Below, one piece after another: positions 37,431-52,190 of a stretch of 64,000 bases of DNA; within the stretch, counting starts at the first letter, position 1; each line of letters opens with the position of its first letter. Location: assembly GCF_963921235.1 (NCBI RefSeq), contig NC_086107.1, positions 95,730,001 to 95,794,000 of the forward strand, read 5' to 3'. Source of the stretch: Mobula hypostoma. Lineage: Eukaryota. The notes under the pieces are model-generated. The model saw only the letters and a list, made by a program, of their open reading frames with translations. It made no database searches and was not told the origin of the DNA. Position numbers and translations under genes: made by a program.

Positions 37431-38376
37431 CTGGAAGTCTCTCCATCTCTGTTTTCAATTGACCCCATTACTACCTCTCCAGCATCATAACTCCATGCTG
37501 TAGGCTCATCTGCCTTACCTACAATACTCCTTGCACTGAAACAGGCACAGCTCAGAACATTAGTCCCTCACTAAGCTGTGGAAAGAGGTTGCAGCCAGGA
37601 CTTGAGGGACTGAGTTAGAAGGAGTGGTTGGACAGGCTAAGATTTTATTCCTTACGGTGTAGAAGGCTGAGAGGTGGTGTTATAGAGGTGAATAAAATCA
37701 CGAGGGGCCCATTTGGGTGAATGCACTCAGTCTTTTTCCCAGACTCGTGGTATCAAGCATTGAAGGACATAGATTTAAGAGAACGGATAAAAATTAAAGG
37801 AGAACTTTCAGCAGGATACTAACAGACATTAGTTTGGTGACAAGAACACTAGTGATAAGTACAAAGGGTGCTTATGTGGAATAAAGTGCCAGAGGAATTG
37901 TTGGAGGCCGATACAGTAACACCTTTTAAAAGGCAGTTGGACAGGTACTTGAATTGAAAAGGTTGGGTATGTTATGGGACAAGCACTGGCAAATAGGAAC
38001 AGTTTGGATGGGAATCTTGGTCAGCATGGAACATTTGGGCCAAATGGCCTGTGTGACATCTTTCCCCACCATTATCTACAGGAGACAGCGTCCATCATGA
38101 AAGATTCCCAGTCCAGGCCAGGCCATCTTCTGGCCACTGCCATGGGGCAGGGGGCACAAAAGCCTAAAGTCCCTCTTTAACAAGTTCAAGAACAGCTACT
38201 GATGTTTCCGTGACGTATCAGGCTGAGTCTTCCACTATTTGAGTCTTCTTTCGTTTCTGTCTGTCCAAGGTGCCGTACCAGACTGTGATGCAACCAGTCA
38301 GAATACTTTCAACAGGACATCACAGAAGTTTGTTTGGTGATGAGCTGAAATCTTTTAACCTTCTACAAAAGTAAGT

Positions 38377-39252
38377 ATTGCTGATGATACAACCATTGTT
38401 GGTAGAATCTCAGATGGAGATGAGAGGGCATTCAAGAGTGAGACATACCAACTAGTGGAGTGGCGTCGCAGCAACAACCTTGAGCTCAATGTCAGTAATT
38501 CAAAAGAACTGATTGTGGACTTCAGGAAGGGTAAGACAAAGGAACACATACCAATCCTCACAGAGGGATCAGAGGTAGACAGAGTGAGCAGTTTCAAGTT
38601 CCTGGGTGTCAAGATCTCTGAGACCTAACCTGGATCGATATCTATGCAGTTATAAAGAAGGCAAGACTTCATTAGCAGATTGAAGAGTTCTGGTATGTCA
38701 ACAAATACACTCAAAAACTTCTATAGATGTACCATGGAGAGCATTCTGACAGGCTGCATCACTGTCTGGCATGGGAGAGGGGTGGCTACTGCACAGGACT
38801 GAAAGAAGCTGCAGAAGGTTGTAAATCTAGTCAGCTCCATCTTGGGTGCTAGCCTACAGAGTACCTAAGACATCTTCAGGGAGCAGTGTCTCAGGAAGAC
38901 AGCGTCCATTATTAAGGACCCTCAGCACCCAGAGCATGCCCTTTTCTCACTGTTACCATCAGGTAGGAGGTACAGAAGCCTGAAGGCACACACTCAGCAA
39001 TTCAGGAACAGACTCTTCCCCTCTGCCACCCAATTCCTAAATGGACATTGCACCTGTGAACACTACCTCACTTTTTAAACGCATATTATTTCTGTTTTTG
39101 CACGATTTTTAATCTATTCAATATACATAGACTGTAATTGATTTATCTGTTAGTTTGCTTTCTCTTCTATATTATGTATTGCATTGAACTGCTGCTGCTA
39201 AGTTAACAAATTTCGCGACACTTGCCGTTGATAATAAACCTGATTCTGATTC
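38377..39252 (+). mobile_element. Rex1/Babar-like LINE 3' part
   Basis: ADDTTIVGRISDGDE, KELIVDFRKG, FKFLGV remnants; aataaacctgattctgattc tail. Confidence 0.8.
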
Positions 39253-41866
39253 CCCTCATCCACTTGTTTCTTGAACCAACTGGCACAACCCTGATAAATA
39301 CAGCTATAGCAGTACAGTAAAACTGGACCATCTTACATTATAATGGACCTTCTAATTTTGGTTCTAATGGTATTCTCTTTTGTAAATAAATGTCTATTTT
39401 TGTTTACTTTATGTTTTTGTTGTGAAGATTGTGTCTCTGATGCTGCTACGGATAAGCTTTTCTTTGTGCATATACCTCATCAAACTTTTGCACGTGTCGA
39501 TAAACTTGACTTGACTTTAAAGCTTGCGCCTTACTTCATGAGATGCAAAGTGGCCTAGCTGAGAGTTCTGCTGCCTCACAGTCCAGTGACCTGAGTTCAG
39601 TTCTGCTGTCTGAGTGGAGTTTGCATGCTCTCCCTGTGACCCCATGCTTTTCCCCTATATACTCCAAATTCTCCCCAGATCCCAGAGAGAAACGGCTGGG
39701 TGGGTTAACTTGGCTGCTGTAAGTTCACCCTGGTTCAGTGGTGATGGGACTGTGTTGGAATAGTGTCAAGGTCAGCACAGAATCAGTGGGCCGAAGGGCC
39801 TGTTTCTGCATTGGCATTCCTGCTCATCACTCGGTCAAGCTCGTTCTCTCACCTCACACGATCAGGAAAAGCTGCGATCCTGGGTTTCCTGTGTTTCCCA
39901 TGAATGACTAAAGCAGAGCAAATGGCCCCTGTCTGCTGCTCACACTGGCCCCGGCGGCTGGTTCACTGCTCAGGGACAACGCCGTCGCGTCTGTCAGTCT
40001 ACCCGAAGGAGCGGGTGTTGCAGGCAGGAGCGCACTGAGTGTTGAGAGTGCAAGCGTGTGCTCGCCCAGCTGGAGAGGTGTGCCAGCAACAGCTCGCGTA
40101 GATGAACAGAGTTGTAACTAGAATTTATTTAGATTCACAAAGTCGTATAGCAGGGAAACGGGCCATTCGGCCCGACTGATCCATGCTGACCAAGGAGCAT
40201 CCTTGAGCAAAACTCCATTCCCCATGTTAGTCCCTGATACATTCCTATCCATGTACCTGTCTAAATATATTTTAATCATTGTAATTGTACCTGCCTCTCC
40301 CACTCCCCTGGCAGAACCTTCCATCCCCACTGCCCTCTTGTGGAAAAACTTTCCCTTTAAATTATTCTCCTCTCTCCTTAAGCCTGTGTCCTCTAGTTTA
40401 GACTCTCTGGGGAAAAAGCTGACCATTCATCTTACCTGTGCCCCTCAAGACTTATAAACCTCTACAAGCTCACCCTTCAAACTCCTTCACTCCAAGGAAA
40501 ACAGTCCAAACTATTCAGTCTCCCCTTATAACTGAGTGCTCTAGTCCCAGCAATTTCCTTAGCAACATAGAAGTCCACAGCACATTACAGGCCCTTCGGC
40601 CCACAATGTTATGCCGACCATGTAACCTACTCTAGAGACTGCCTAGAATTTCCCTACCGCACAGCCCTCTATTTTCCTAAGCTCTATGTACCTATCTAAG
40701 AGTCTCTTAAAATATCTTATTGTATCCTTGTGAAACTTTTCTGCTTCCTGTCTACCTCAGCCACATCCTTCCTATACTGTGGCACACAGAACTGCGCAGT
40801 GTTCCAGTGTGTGGTCTCAACAAATGAGTGAGCAAGTACACTCTCGCGGTCAATAAGTGTGTAAAGAGGAGCCCGCTGTCAGTGGGTGTGTACGGAGGAA
40901 CTCACTCTCAAGGTGTGTAAGTTCTGTCAGTGGGTGTGTAAGGAAGCGCTCACTGTCAGTGGGTGTGTAAGGAAGTTTTGCAGCCTCCAGATCTTCATTA
41001 CAGGGTTAAAATTGAATATTTAATGGAGAAAGTCTGATCTAAAGTGATATTTAAAGCTGTTGATTCATGTAACAAATCTCAGTAAAGATACTTCGAGATG
41101 ACACGCGACTGTCTTTCAAAAGCAGTTGTTATTAAATTGAAATTTGTTTGAAAATATCAGTAATCATTTTAACTAGTAACTCAGCCAGGAACTTCCAATT
41201 ATCCACCCACTGGGGTCAGACACCCACTACGAGGACATCAGCCAGGCCCCGAGCTCAGTCACCTATTAATGCAGATATTTCACTTGCTCTGAGAGTGAAG
41301 ATGAGAGCGATTATTTAATCATTGCTAATCCTGCCAAAAAGCACCCAAGGTAAACAATGGGACAGTTACTGATGAATTGAAATTAGTCCTGAAGAGGTGC
41401 TCATCGGAACGCTGTCTCCACAGTGAAACCTGCTGAAAGCAGCAATTAACCAGAGCAAAATGACAAGACTTTGATGTGAAAATGAACTCCAGTGAATCAT
41501 TCGACAGGATCTGTCTCTCCAGAGAGGAATGAAACAAAATAATTAACTTGTCAGAGCAGGAGGAAAACTTTCTCCATCTTTGTAAGTACAAAATATTTCA
41601 ACAAAATTCACTGCAAAACATCCCCCCTCACCCGAACCTCCTACGCCTCAGCTCAACCTGTTACCCTCAGTGCAACCTGTTACCTCATTCTAACCTGTTA
41701 TCGCTTACCTCAAAAAATGCTGGAAGAACCCAGCCAGTCAAACCACATTTGTGAAAAAGGAACCCAGTGTTTCAGCTCAAGGACCCTTCCTCAGAACCAG
41801 GTGGGCGACAGTTTTTTTTAAGCAGTGGGTGTGGGGGTGTAGGAGTGAGGTGTAAAACAAACATCT

Positions 41867-44483
41867 ATAGAACATAGAAAACTTACAGCACAATACAGGC
41901 CCTTCAGCCCACAAAGCTGTGCCGAACATGTCCTTACCGTAGAAATTACTAGGCTTACCATAGCCCTCTATTTTTCTAAGCTCCATGTACCTATCCAGGA
42001 GTCTCTTAAAAGACCCTATTGTATCCAACTCCACCACCGTTGCTGGCAGCCCATTCCACGCACTCACCACTCTCTGCATAAAAAACTTACCCCTGACATC
42101 TCCTCTGTACCTACTTCCAAGCACCTTAAAACTGTGCCCTCTCACGCTAGCCATTTCAGCCCTTGGAAAAAGCCTCTGACCGTCCACACGATCAATGCCT
42201 CTCATCATCTTATACACCTCTATCAGGTCACCTCTCATCCTCTGTCGCTCCAAGGAGAAAACATAGAAACATAGAAAATAGGTGCAGGAGTAGGCCATTC
42301 GGCCCTTCGAGCCTGCACCGCCATTTATTATGATCATGGCTGATCATCCAACTCAGAACCCAGCCTTCCCTCCATACCCCCTGACCCCTGTAGCCACAAG
42401 GGCCATATCTAACTTCCTTTTAAACATAGCTAATGAACTGGCCTCAACAGTTTGCTGTGGCAGAGAATTCCACAGATTCACCACTCTCTGTGTGAAGAAG
42501 TTTTTCCTAACCTCGGTCCTAAAAGGCTTCCCCTCTATCCTCAAACTGTGATCCCTCGTTCTAGACCTCCCCAACATCGGGAACAATCTTCCCGCATCTA
42601 GCCTGTCCAATCCCTTTAGGATCTTATACGTTTCAATCAGATCCCCCCTCAATCTTCTAAATTCCAACGAGTACAAGCCCAGTTCATCCAGTCTTTCTTC
42701 ATATGAAAGACCTGCCATCCCAGGAATCAATCTGGTGAACCTTCTTTGTACTCCCTCTATGGCAAAGATGTCTTTCCTCAGATTAGGGGACCAAAACTGC
42801 ACACAATACTCCAGGTGTGGTCTCACCAAGGCCTTGTACAACTGCAGTAGTACCTCCCTGCTCCTGTACTCAAATCCTCTCGCTATAAATGCCAGCATAC
42901 CGTTCGCCTTTTTCACCGCCTGCTGTACCTGCATGCCCACTTTCAATGACTGGTGTATAATGACACCCAGGTCTCGTTGCACCTCCCCTTTTCCTAATCG
43001 GCCACCATTCAGATAATAATCTGTTTTCCTATTTTTGCCACCAAAGTGGATAACTTCACATTTATCCACATTAAATTGCATCTGCCATGAGTTTGCCCAC
43101 TCACCCAACCTATCCAAGTCACCCTGCATCCTCTTAGCATCCTCCTCACTGCTAACACTGCCACCCAGCTTCGTGTCATCCGCAAACTTGGAGATGCTGC
43201 ATTTAATTCCCTCATCCAAGTCATTAATATATATTGTAAACAACTGGGGTCCCAGCACTGAGCCTTGCGGTACCCCACTAGTCACCGCCTGCCATTCTGA
43301 AAAGGTCCCGTTTATTCCCACTCTTTGCTTCCTGTCTGCTAACCAATTCTCCACCCACACCAATACCTTACCCCCAATACCGTGTGCTTTAAGTTTGCAC
43401 ACTAATCTCCTGTGTGGGACCTTGTCAAAAGCCTTTTGAAATTCCAAATATACCACATCCACTGGTTCTCCCCTATCCACTCTACTAGTTACATCCTCAA
43501 AAAATTCTATGAGATTCGTCAGACATGATTTTCCTTTCACAAATCCATGCTGACTTTGTCCGATCATTTCACCGCTTTCCAAATGTGCTGTTATCACATC
43601 CTTGATAACTGACTCCAGCAGTTTCCCCACCACCGACGTTAGGCTAACCGGCCTATAATTCCCCGGTTTCTCTCTCCCTCCTTTTTTAAAAAGTGGAGTT
43701 ACATTAGCCACCCTCCAATCCTCAGGAACTAGTCCAGAATCTAACGAGTTTTGAAAAATTATCACTAATGCATCCACTATTTCTTGGGCCACTTCCTTAA
43801 GCACTCTGGGATGCAGACCATCTGGCCCTGGGGATTTATCTGCCTTCAATCCCTTCAATTTACCTAACACCACTTCCCTACTAACATGTATTTCGCTCAG
43901 TTCCTCCATCTCACTGGACCCTCTGTCCCTTACTATTTCTGGAAGATTATTTATGTCCTCCTTAGTGAAGACAGAACCAAAGTAATTATTCAATTGGTCT
44001 GCCATGTCCTTGCTCCCCATAATCAATTCACCTGTTTCTGTTTGCAGGGGACCTACATTTGTCTTTATCAGTCTTTTCCTTTTTACATATCTATAAAAGC
44101 TTTTACAGTCCGTTTTTATGTTCTCTGCCAGTTTTCTCTCATAATCTTTTTTCCCCTTCCTAATTAAGCCCTTTGTCCTCCTCTGCTGAACTCTGAATTT
44201 CTCCCAGTCCTCAGGTGAGCCACTTTCTCTGGCTAATTTGTATGCTTCTTCTTTGGAATTGATACTATCCCTAATTTCTCTTGTCAGCCACGGGTGCACT
44301 ACCTTCCTTGATTTATTCTTTTGCCAAACTGGGATGAACAATTGTTGTAGTTCATCCATGCAACCCAAGTTCACTCGACCTGTTCTCATAGGCATGCTCC
44401 CCAATCTAGGCAACATCCTTGTAAATCTCCTTTGCACCCTTTCTATGGTTTCCACATCCTTCCTTTGGTGAGGCGACCAGAAC
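41867..44483 (-). mobile_element. Nested CR1s: a young 5'-truncated CR1 (~42258-44362, open RT frame) inserted into another CR1 3' fragment
   Basis: ORF 42353-44518 has complete RT motifs. Its N-terminus (FWSPHQRKDVETIERVQRRF) belongs to the host CR1, which resumes at 42257-41867. Confidence 0.9.
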
Positions 44484-44912
44484 TCATCTCCTTCTACCTT
44501 AGGCCATGAACTTATCAATCACCCCTGATGAGTTATTAACTTCGAACTTTCTGCATAATCATTCAAAGAGTTGAACTGCACATGCATGTAACTCATATAA
44601 CTCATTTCCTTCTACCTTACGCCACAAACTTGTCAATCACCTCTGCTGTGGACACCTTCTGGAGGTCTAAGATCGTATGCTCTACGACCACTGGACTTAG
44701 TGTGTAAATGTAGGAGGGGACTATGTTGAAAAATAAAAGAGCTAGGTTTTCTAAAATTGACTCCTTCTACCTTAGGCCACAAACCTATCAATCACCCCTT
44801 GTGTGTAGTTTAGCACCCCCATTATTTTTTTTGTAATTAACATTTTATTTATATTAGTGTTACTTAAATTTATTGGTGAGATACTGTTTTTTTAAATTGT
44901 ATTTACCCTGTC

Positions 44913-45220
44913 TGTGTTGGCGCGTGGCCAAGTGGTTAAGGCGTTCGCCTAGTGATCTGAAGGTCGCTAGTTCAAGCCTAGGCTGAGGCAGCGTGTTGTG
45001 TCCTTGAGCAAGGCACTTAACCACACATTGCTCTGCGACAACACCAGTGCCAAGCTGTATGGGTCCTAATACCCTTCCCTTGGACAACATCGGTGGCGTG
45101 GAGAGGAGAGACTTGCAGCATGGGCAACTGCTGGTCTTCCATACAACCTTGCCCAGGCCTGTGCCCTGGAAACCTTCCAAGGCACAAATCCATGGTCTCA
45201 CGAGACTAACGGATGCCTAA
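44913..45220 (+). mobile_element. tRNA-derived SINE (family A)
   Basis: A box TGGCCAAGTGG, B-box-like GTTCAAGCC, A-rich tail. Confidence 0.85.
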
Positions 45221-45467
45221 AAAAAATTTACCCTGTTCAGAATGTCAGAAGCAAAAATGTTCAAATGTTGGGAGAAGCAGCAGATTTTCAAGATTGGTGG
45301 AGTGAAAGAGTTGGCATGATTAAAAAGGGTGAGAAAGCATTGAGCACCTTATGTTCCGAAACAGCCAGTGGGGTGTAGGACTTCCTCCATAAGGTGGCGA
45401 TGTGAAACTGGTCATAAATGGCCTTGCGATAAAAGTGAGCCAAAACAATAATGACACACTTCTCATG

Positions 45468-46070
45468 CACACGAGGAATTCTGCAGATGCTGGAAATTCA
45501 AGCAACACACATCAAAGTTGCTGGTGAACGCAGCAGGCCAGGCAGCATCTCTAGTAAGAGGTGCAGTCGACGTTTCAGGCCGACACCCTTCGTCAGGACT
45601 AACTGAAAGAAGAGCTAGTAAGAGATTTGAAAGTGGGAGGGGGAGGGGGAGATCAAAAATGATAGGAGAAGACAGGAGCGGGAGGGATGGAGCCAAGAGC
45701 TGGACAGGTGATTGGCAAAAGGGACATGAGAGGATCATGGGACAGGAGGCCCAGGGAGAAGGAAAAGGGGGAGGGGGGGAAACCTAGAGGATGGGCAAGG
45801 GGTATAGTCAGAGGGACAGAGGGAGAAAAAGGAGAGAGAGAAAAAGAATGCGTGTATAAAAGTAAATAACGGATGGGGTACGAGGGGGAGGTGGGGCATT
45901 AGCGAAAGTTAGATAAGTCAATGTTCATGCCATCAGGTTGGAGGCTACCCAGACAGAATATAAGGTGTTGTTCCTCCAACCTGAGTGTGGCTTCATCTTT
46001 ACAGTAGAAGAGGCCGTGGATAGACATGTCAGAATGGGAATGGGATGTGGAATTAAAATGGGTGGCCACT
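45468..46070 (-). mobile_element. Penelope-like element 3' fragment inserted in a pseudo-exon
   Basis: Flanked by the direct repeat CACTTCTCATG (45457-45467 and 46067-46077). C-terminal LEEQHLIFCLGSLQPDGMNID remnant. Contains a hammerhead motif. Confidence 0.8.
45565..45600 (-). ncRNA. Minimal type I hammerhead ribozyme (Penelope-associated)
   Basis: AGTC-CTGACGA-AGG(GTGTCGG)CCT-GAAAC-GTC-GACT: catalytic core boxes, stem I AGTC/GACT, stem II AGG/CCT. Confidence 0.8.
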
Positions 46071-46314
46071 TCTCATGAAATCAGTAACAAAAAACACAAT
46101 TAGATCTTTTAATGATAGTAGGTAGTTCTAACTTAACTGCTGCTAGTGTTTAAGGTTTCAAAGATTAACATGAAAAACTTCTCAGTGATGGGGAATATGG
46201 TTAAAGGATCATGGCTAGAGTGTGCTCCTTTCCTTTTTGATAGTTATCCAGAAAAAGCTTCAGCCTTGGGTGGGCTCCTCTCGCCACCTGCTGATTTTCT
46301 CTCTCTCCAGATAT

Positions 46315-47265
46315 CAGAATCAGATTTAATATCACCAGCATATGTTGTGAGATTTGTTAACTTTGCAGCAGCAGCACAATGCAATACATGATAAATATAG
46401 GAAAAAATTGAAATAGTAATTATATATATTAAATTATTAGGTTAAAATAAGTAGTGCAAAAACAGAAATTAAAAAAAAATTAGTGAGGTAGTGTTTATGG
46501 GTTCCAAGTCCATTCAGAAATCCAATGGCAGAGGGGAAGAAGCTGTTCCTGAATCACTGATTGTGTGCCTTCAGGCTCCTGTACCTCCTTCCCAGCTGTA
46601 AGAGGGAAGGTCCTGGGTGGTGGGGGTCCTTCCTGAGGCATCGCTCCTTGAAGATGTTTTGGATACTACGGAGGCTGGTACCCATGATGGAGCTGACTAA
46701 TTTTACAACTTTCTGCAACTTACTTCGACCTTGTGAAGTAGACCCCACTCCCTCCCCCCATACCAGCCAATGATGCTCTCCATGGTACATCTGTAGAAGT
46801 TTTCAAGTGCTTTAGGTGACAAACCAAATTTCCTCAAACTCCTAATAAAATATAGCTGCTGTCTTGCCTTCTTTATAGCTGCATCAATATGCTGCGACCA
46901 GGTTAGGTCCTCAGAGATACAGACACCCAGGAACTTGAAATTGCTCACTCTCTCCACTATGAGGATTGGTCTTGCTAAGTTGTTGAGCGCAAAGTTGTTG
47001 CTACGACCCCACTCAAGTAGCTGATATCTCACTCCTGTACGCCCTCTCGACACCATCTGAGATATTGGCAACAATGGTTGTATCATCAGTGAACTTCTAG
47101 ATGGCATTTGAGCTGTGCCTGGCCACACAGTCACGAGTGTAGAACAGTAGGCAAAGCACACATCCCTGTGGTGCACCAATGTTGACTGTCAGCAAGGTGG
47201 AGATGTTATTTCCAATCCACACTGATTGTGGACTTACACTCAAGAAGCTGAGGATCCAGTTTCAG
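46315..47265 (-). mobile_element. Rex1/Babar-like LINE 3' part
   Basis: FKFLGVCISEDLTWSQHIDAAIKKARQQLYFIRSL, FYRCTMESI. Confidence 0.8.
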
Positions 47266-48173
47266 AGACATGGTAAGGCAGCTCCCTCACCTGGACCGCT
47301 TTGATTTAATAATGGGGTGTTTTGGATTCCTTTTGACGGTAAGTATCTTGAGTGTTTGTGTGTGTGCACGCACTGGGGCCAAGTTGCCAGTGGGGTCATA
47401 GGTCAATCCTCTGCCTCTGTCTAGTGCCAGGTAAAACAGCTAATGGAAGAGAGAGCAGAATGTACTAAACTGGATCAGCAGGTGAATAAATCTGTGAACG
47501 GCTGTTGAGACCGCTGCCTCTCACTGTTCCAAGACAAATACTGAATGTGAAATTAACCCGTTGTCTTCCCTCTAACTGCTTGCCGACTTTCGAAGGTGGC
47601 TGGACACTGCCAGTGCCAGCATTCCTGTGCAGAGGATTAACTTTATTTTAGCCCAGCAGCGTGTTCCTCTGGGGGAATGTGTTCGCTTTGGCGATGACGC
47701 GTGGGAGGGAGGAGACTCCACTGAAACTGTGTCTCCTTGGCAGCTTCCTCACTTTAAAAGGTCTCCATTTTCCATTTGTTCCTGAATCTTTCTATGATAG
47801 TGCTGGGGGGGAGTCAAAACCAATGACAAGCACGCACAAAATATTGGAGGAACTCAGCAGCCCAGGCAGCATCTATACTTCCTTACTTGCTTCCCGTTAC
47901 GCTGCTGGCGTTTAGTGTAGCGATGAAGGTCCTCCATCTCTGTCTGTCCTTGGCAGTGTCTATAAAGAGGAATAAAGAGTCAACATTTAACATTTCTGGC
48001 TGACGAAAGGTCTCTGCCTGAAATATTGACTCTTCATTCTTCCCCATTGACGCTGCCTGACCAGCTGAGTTCCTTTAGCATTAGCAGGAGATTCTTGTGT
48101 GTCAAAACCAAGGAAGCACTTTTTGACCAGAGCTTCACAACATGTGTTTGCTACTGAAAAGGCTGGGTGAATT

Positions 48174-51100
48174 AACATAGAACATAGAATACTACAGCAC
48201 AGTACAGGCCCTTCGTCCCACAATGTTGTGCCGACCCTCAAACCCTGCCTCCCATATAAGCCCCCACCTTAGATTCCTCCATATACCTGTCTAGTAGTCT
48301 CTTAAACTTCACTAGTGTATCTGCCTCCACCACTGACTCAGGCAGTGCATTCCACGCACCAACCACTCTCTGAGTAAAAAACCTTCCTCTAATATCCCCC
48401 TTCAAATTCCCACCCCTTACCCTTAAAGCCATGTCCTCTTGTATTGAGCAGTGGTGCCCTGGGGAAGAGGCGCTGGCTATCCACTCTATCTATTCCTCTT
48501 ATTATCTTGTATACCTCTATCATGTCTCCTCTCATCCTCCTTCTCTCCAAAGAGTAAAGCCCTAGCTCCCCTAATCTCTGATCATAATGCATACTTTCTA
48601 AACCAGGCAGCATCCTGGTAAATCTCCTCTGTACCCTTTCCAATGCTTCCACATCCTTCCTGTAGTGAGGCAACCAGAACTGGACACAATACTCCAAGTG
48701 TGGCCTAACCAGAGTTTTATAGAGCTGCATCATTTCCTCGCGACTCTTAAACTCTATCCCTCCACTTATGAAAGCTAACACCCCATAAGCTTTCTTAACT
48801 ACCCTATCCACCTTTGAGGCAACTTTCAGCGATCTGTGGACATGTACCCCCAGATCCCTCTGCTCCTCCACACTACCAAGTATCCTGCCATTTACTTTGT
48901 ACTCTGCCTTGGAGTTTGTCCTTCCAAAGTGTACCACCTCACACTTCTCCGGGTTGAACTCCATCTGCCACTTCTCAGCCCACTTCTGCATGCTATCAAT
49001 GTCTCTCTGCAATCTTTGACAATCCTCTACACTATCTACAACACCACCAAACTTTGTGTCATCTGCAAACTTGCCAACCCACCCTTCTACCCCCACATCC
49101 AGGTTGTTAATAAAAATCACAAAAAGTAGAGGTCCCAGAACAGATCCTTGTGGGACACCCCTAGTCACAATCCTCCAATCTGAATGTACTCCCTCCACCA
49201 CCACCCTCTGCCTTCTGCAGGCAAGCCAATTCTGAATCCACCTGGCCAAACTTCCCTGGATCCCATGCCTTCTAACTTTCTGAATAAGCCTACCGTGTGA
49301 AACCTTGTCAAATGCCTTACTAAAATCCATATAGATCACATCCACTGCACTACCCTCATCTATATGCCTGGTCACCTCCTCAAAGAACTCTATCAGGCTT
49401 GTTAGACACAATCTGCCTTCACAAAGCCATGCTGACTGTCCCTATCAGACCATGATTCTCTAAATGCCTATAGATCCTATCTCTAAGAATCTTTTCCAAC
49501 AGCTTTCCCACCACAGTGAGTAAGGCTCACTGGTCTGTAATTACCCGGACTATCCCTACTACCTTTTTTGAACAAGGGAACAACATTCGCCTCCCTCCAA
49601 TCCTCTGGTACCATTCCCGTGGACAACGAGGAATTAAAGATCCTAGCCAGAGGCTCAGCAATCTCTTCTTTCGCCTCGTAGAGCAGCCTGGGGAATATTC
49701 TGTCAGGCCCCAGGGACTTATCTGTCCTAATGTATTTTAACAACTCCAACACCTCCTCTCCCTTAATGTCAACATGCTCCAGAACATCAACCTCACTCAT
49801 ATTGTCCTCACCATCATCAAGTTCCCTCTCATTGGTGAATACTGAAGAGAAGTATTCATTGAGGACCTCGCTCACTTCCACAGCCTCCAGGCACATCTTC
49901 CCACCTTTATCTCTAATCGGTCCTACCTTCACTCCTGTCATCCTTTTTTTCTTCACATAATTGAAGAATGCCTTGGGGTTTTCCTTTACCCTACTTGCCA
50001 AGGCCTTCTCATGCCCCCTTCTTGCTCTTCTCAGCCCCTTCTTAAGCTCCTTTCTTGCTTCCCTATATTCCTCAATAGACCCTTGCTTCCTAAACCTCAT
50101 GTATGCTGCCTTCTTCCACCTGACTAGATTTTCCACCTCACTTGTCACCCATGGTTCCTTCACCCTACCATTCTTTATCTTCCTCACCGGGACAAATTTA
50201 TCCCTTACATCCCGCAAGAGATCTCTAAATATCGACCACATGTCCATAGTACGTTTCCCTGCAAAAACATCATCCCAATTCACACCCGCAAGTTCCAGCC
50301 TTAAAGCCTCATAATTTGCCTTTCCCCAATTAAAAATTTTCCTGTCCTCTTTGATTCTGTCCTTTTCCATGATAATTATAAAGGCTAGGGAGCGGTGGTC
50401 ACTGTCCCCCAGATGCTCACCCACTGAGAGATCTGTGACCTGACCCGGTTCATTACCTAGTACTAGATCTAGTATGGCATTTCCCCTGGTCGGCCTGTCC
50501 ACATACTGTGACAGGAATCCATCCTGGACACACTTAACAAACTCTGCCCCATCTAAACCCTTGGAACTAATCAGGTGCCAATAAATATTAGGGAAGTTAA
50601 AGTCACCCATGATAACAACCCTGTTATTTTTGCACCTTTCCAAAATCTGCCTCCCAATCTGCTCCTCTGTATCTCTGCTGCTACCAGGGGGCCTATAGAG
50701 TAACTGCTCCCTTCCTGTTCCTGACTTCCACCCATACTGACTCAAAAGAGGATCCTGCTACATTACCCAGCCTTTCTGTAGCTGTAAGAGTATCCCTGAC
50801 CAGTAATGCCACCCCTCCTCCATTTTTTCCACCCTCTCTATCCCTTTTAAAGCACTGAAATCCAGGAATATTGAGAATCCATTCCTGCCCTGGTGCCAGC
50901 CAAGTCTCTGTAATGGCCACTACATCATAATTCCATGTACATATCCAAGCTCTCAGTTCATCACCTTTGTTCCTGATGCTTCTTGCATTGAGGTACATAC
51001 ATTTCAGCCCTTCTACCTTACTGTCTTTACACCGTTTATTCTGCTTCTCTTTCCTCAAAGCCTCTCTGTATGTTAGATCTGGCTTTACTCCATGCACTTC

Positions 51101-52190
51101 TTTCACTGCTCTATCGCTCTGGGTCCCATCCCCCTTGCAAATTAGTTTAAACCCTCCCGAACCATGCCAACGAACCTACCTGCAAGGATATTGCTCCCCC
51201 TCGAGTTCAGGTGCAACCCATCCAATCTGTACAGGTCCCACCTTCCCCAGAAGAGATCCCAATGATCTAAAAATCTAAAACTCTGCTCCCTGCACCAACT
51301 CTTCAGCCACGCATTCAACTGCCATCTCCTCCAATTCTTACCATCACTGTCACGTAGCACTGGCAGCAATCCTGAGAACGTCACCCTTGAGGTCCTGTTC
51401 TTCAGCCTTCTGCCTAATTTCCGAAACTCACACTTCAGGACCTCATCCCTCTTCCTGCCTATGTCGTTGGTCCCAACATGTATCACGACTTCTGGTTACT
51501 TTCCTTCTCGTACCAGGATGTCGTGCACCTGGTCAGAGAGATCCCGGACCCTGGCACCCGGGAAGCAACAAACCATGCGGGTGTCTTCTCACGTCCACAA
51601 AATCTCCTGTCTGCTCCCCTGACTATAGAGTCTCCAATGACGTCAGCTCTCCTCTTCTCCGTCCCACCCTTCTGCACCACAGGGTCAGACTCAGTGCCGG
51701 AGGCCCTGCCATCGTGGATCACCCCTGGTTGGTCGTCCCCACCAACAGTCTCCAGGACGGTATACTTATTATTCAGGGGAATGGCTACAGGGGTGCTCTG
51801 CACTACCTGTCTGCTCACCTTCACTTTCTCCCCTCTGACTGTCACCCAACGACCTGCTTCTGGCAGCCTAGGTGTGACTACCTCCCTGTAGCTCGCATCT
51901 ATGACAGCCTCATTCTCCCTTATGAGTCAAAGGTCATCCAGCTGCTGCTCCAGATTCCTTACACGGTCTTCCAGATCGCCCAGCCGTATGCACTTCTGGC
52001 AGATGTGACTCTGCGGGAGAGGGGCGTTCCCCCAAGACTGCCACCTCTCACATGAGAGGCACATCACCGTCTCAGGAGACATTGTAAAAACTAACTGCAA
52101 GCTAGCTTGTCCTCCACCTCTTCTCATCGAAGCCTCTCGAATCAAAGCCTCAAAGCTCCACTCCTTCACTGGCCCACTCACTCACTCACG
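48174..52190 (-). mobile_element. Near full-length CR1 LINE (ORF1 zinc finger + SGNH esterase; ORF2 APE + RT), frameshifted
   Basis: CLSC..W...HICQKC, VIGDSIVR, HVGTND, DGLHLN (ORF1); YLNARSI, ITETWL, GDFN, SDH (APE); YMDFSKAFD, FADD (RT); (TTCTATG)n tail. Confidence 0.95.

Noticed and set aside
42353..44518. 721-aa ORF as a novel fusion gene
   Set aside because: Chance in-frame junction of a 5'-truncated CR1 nested in another CR1.
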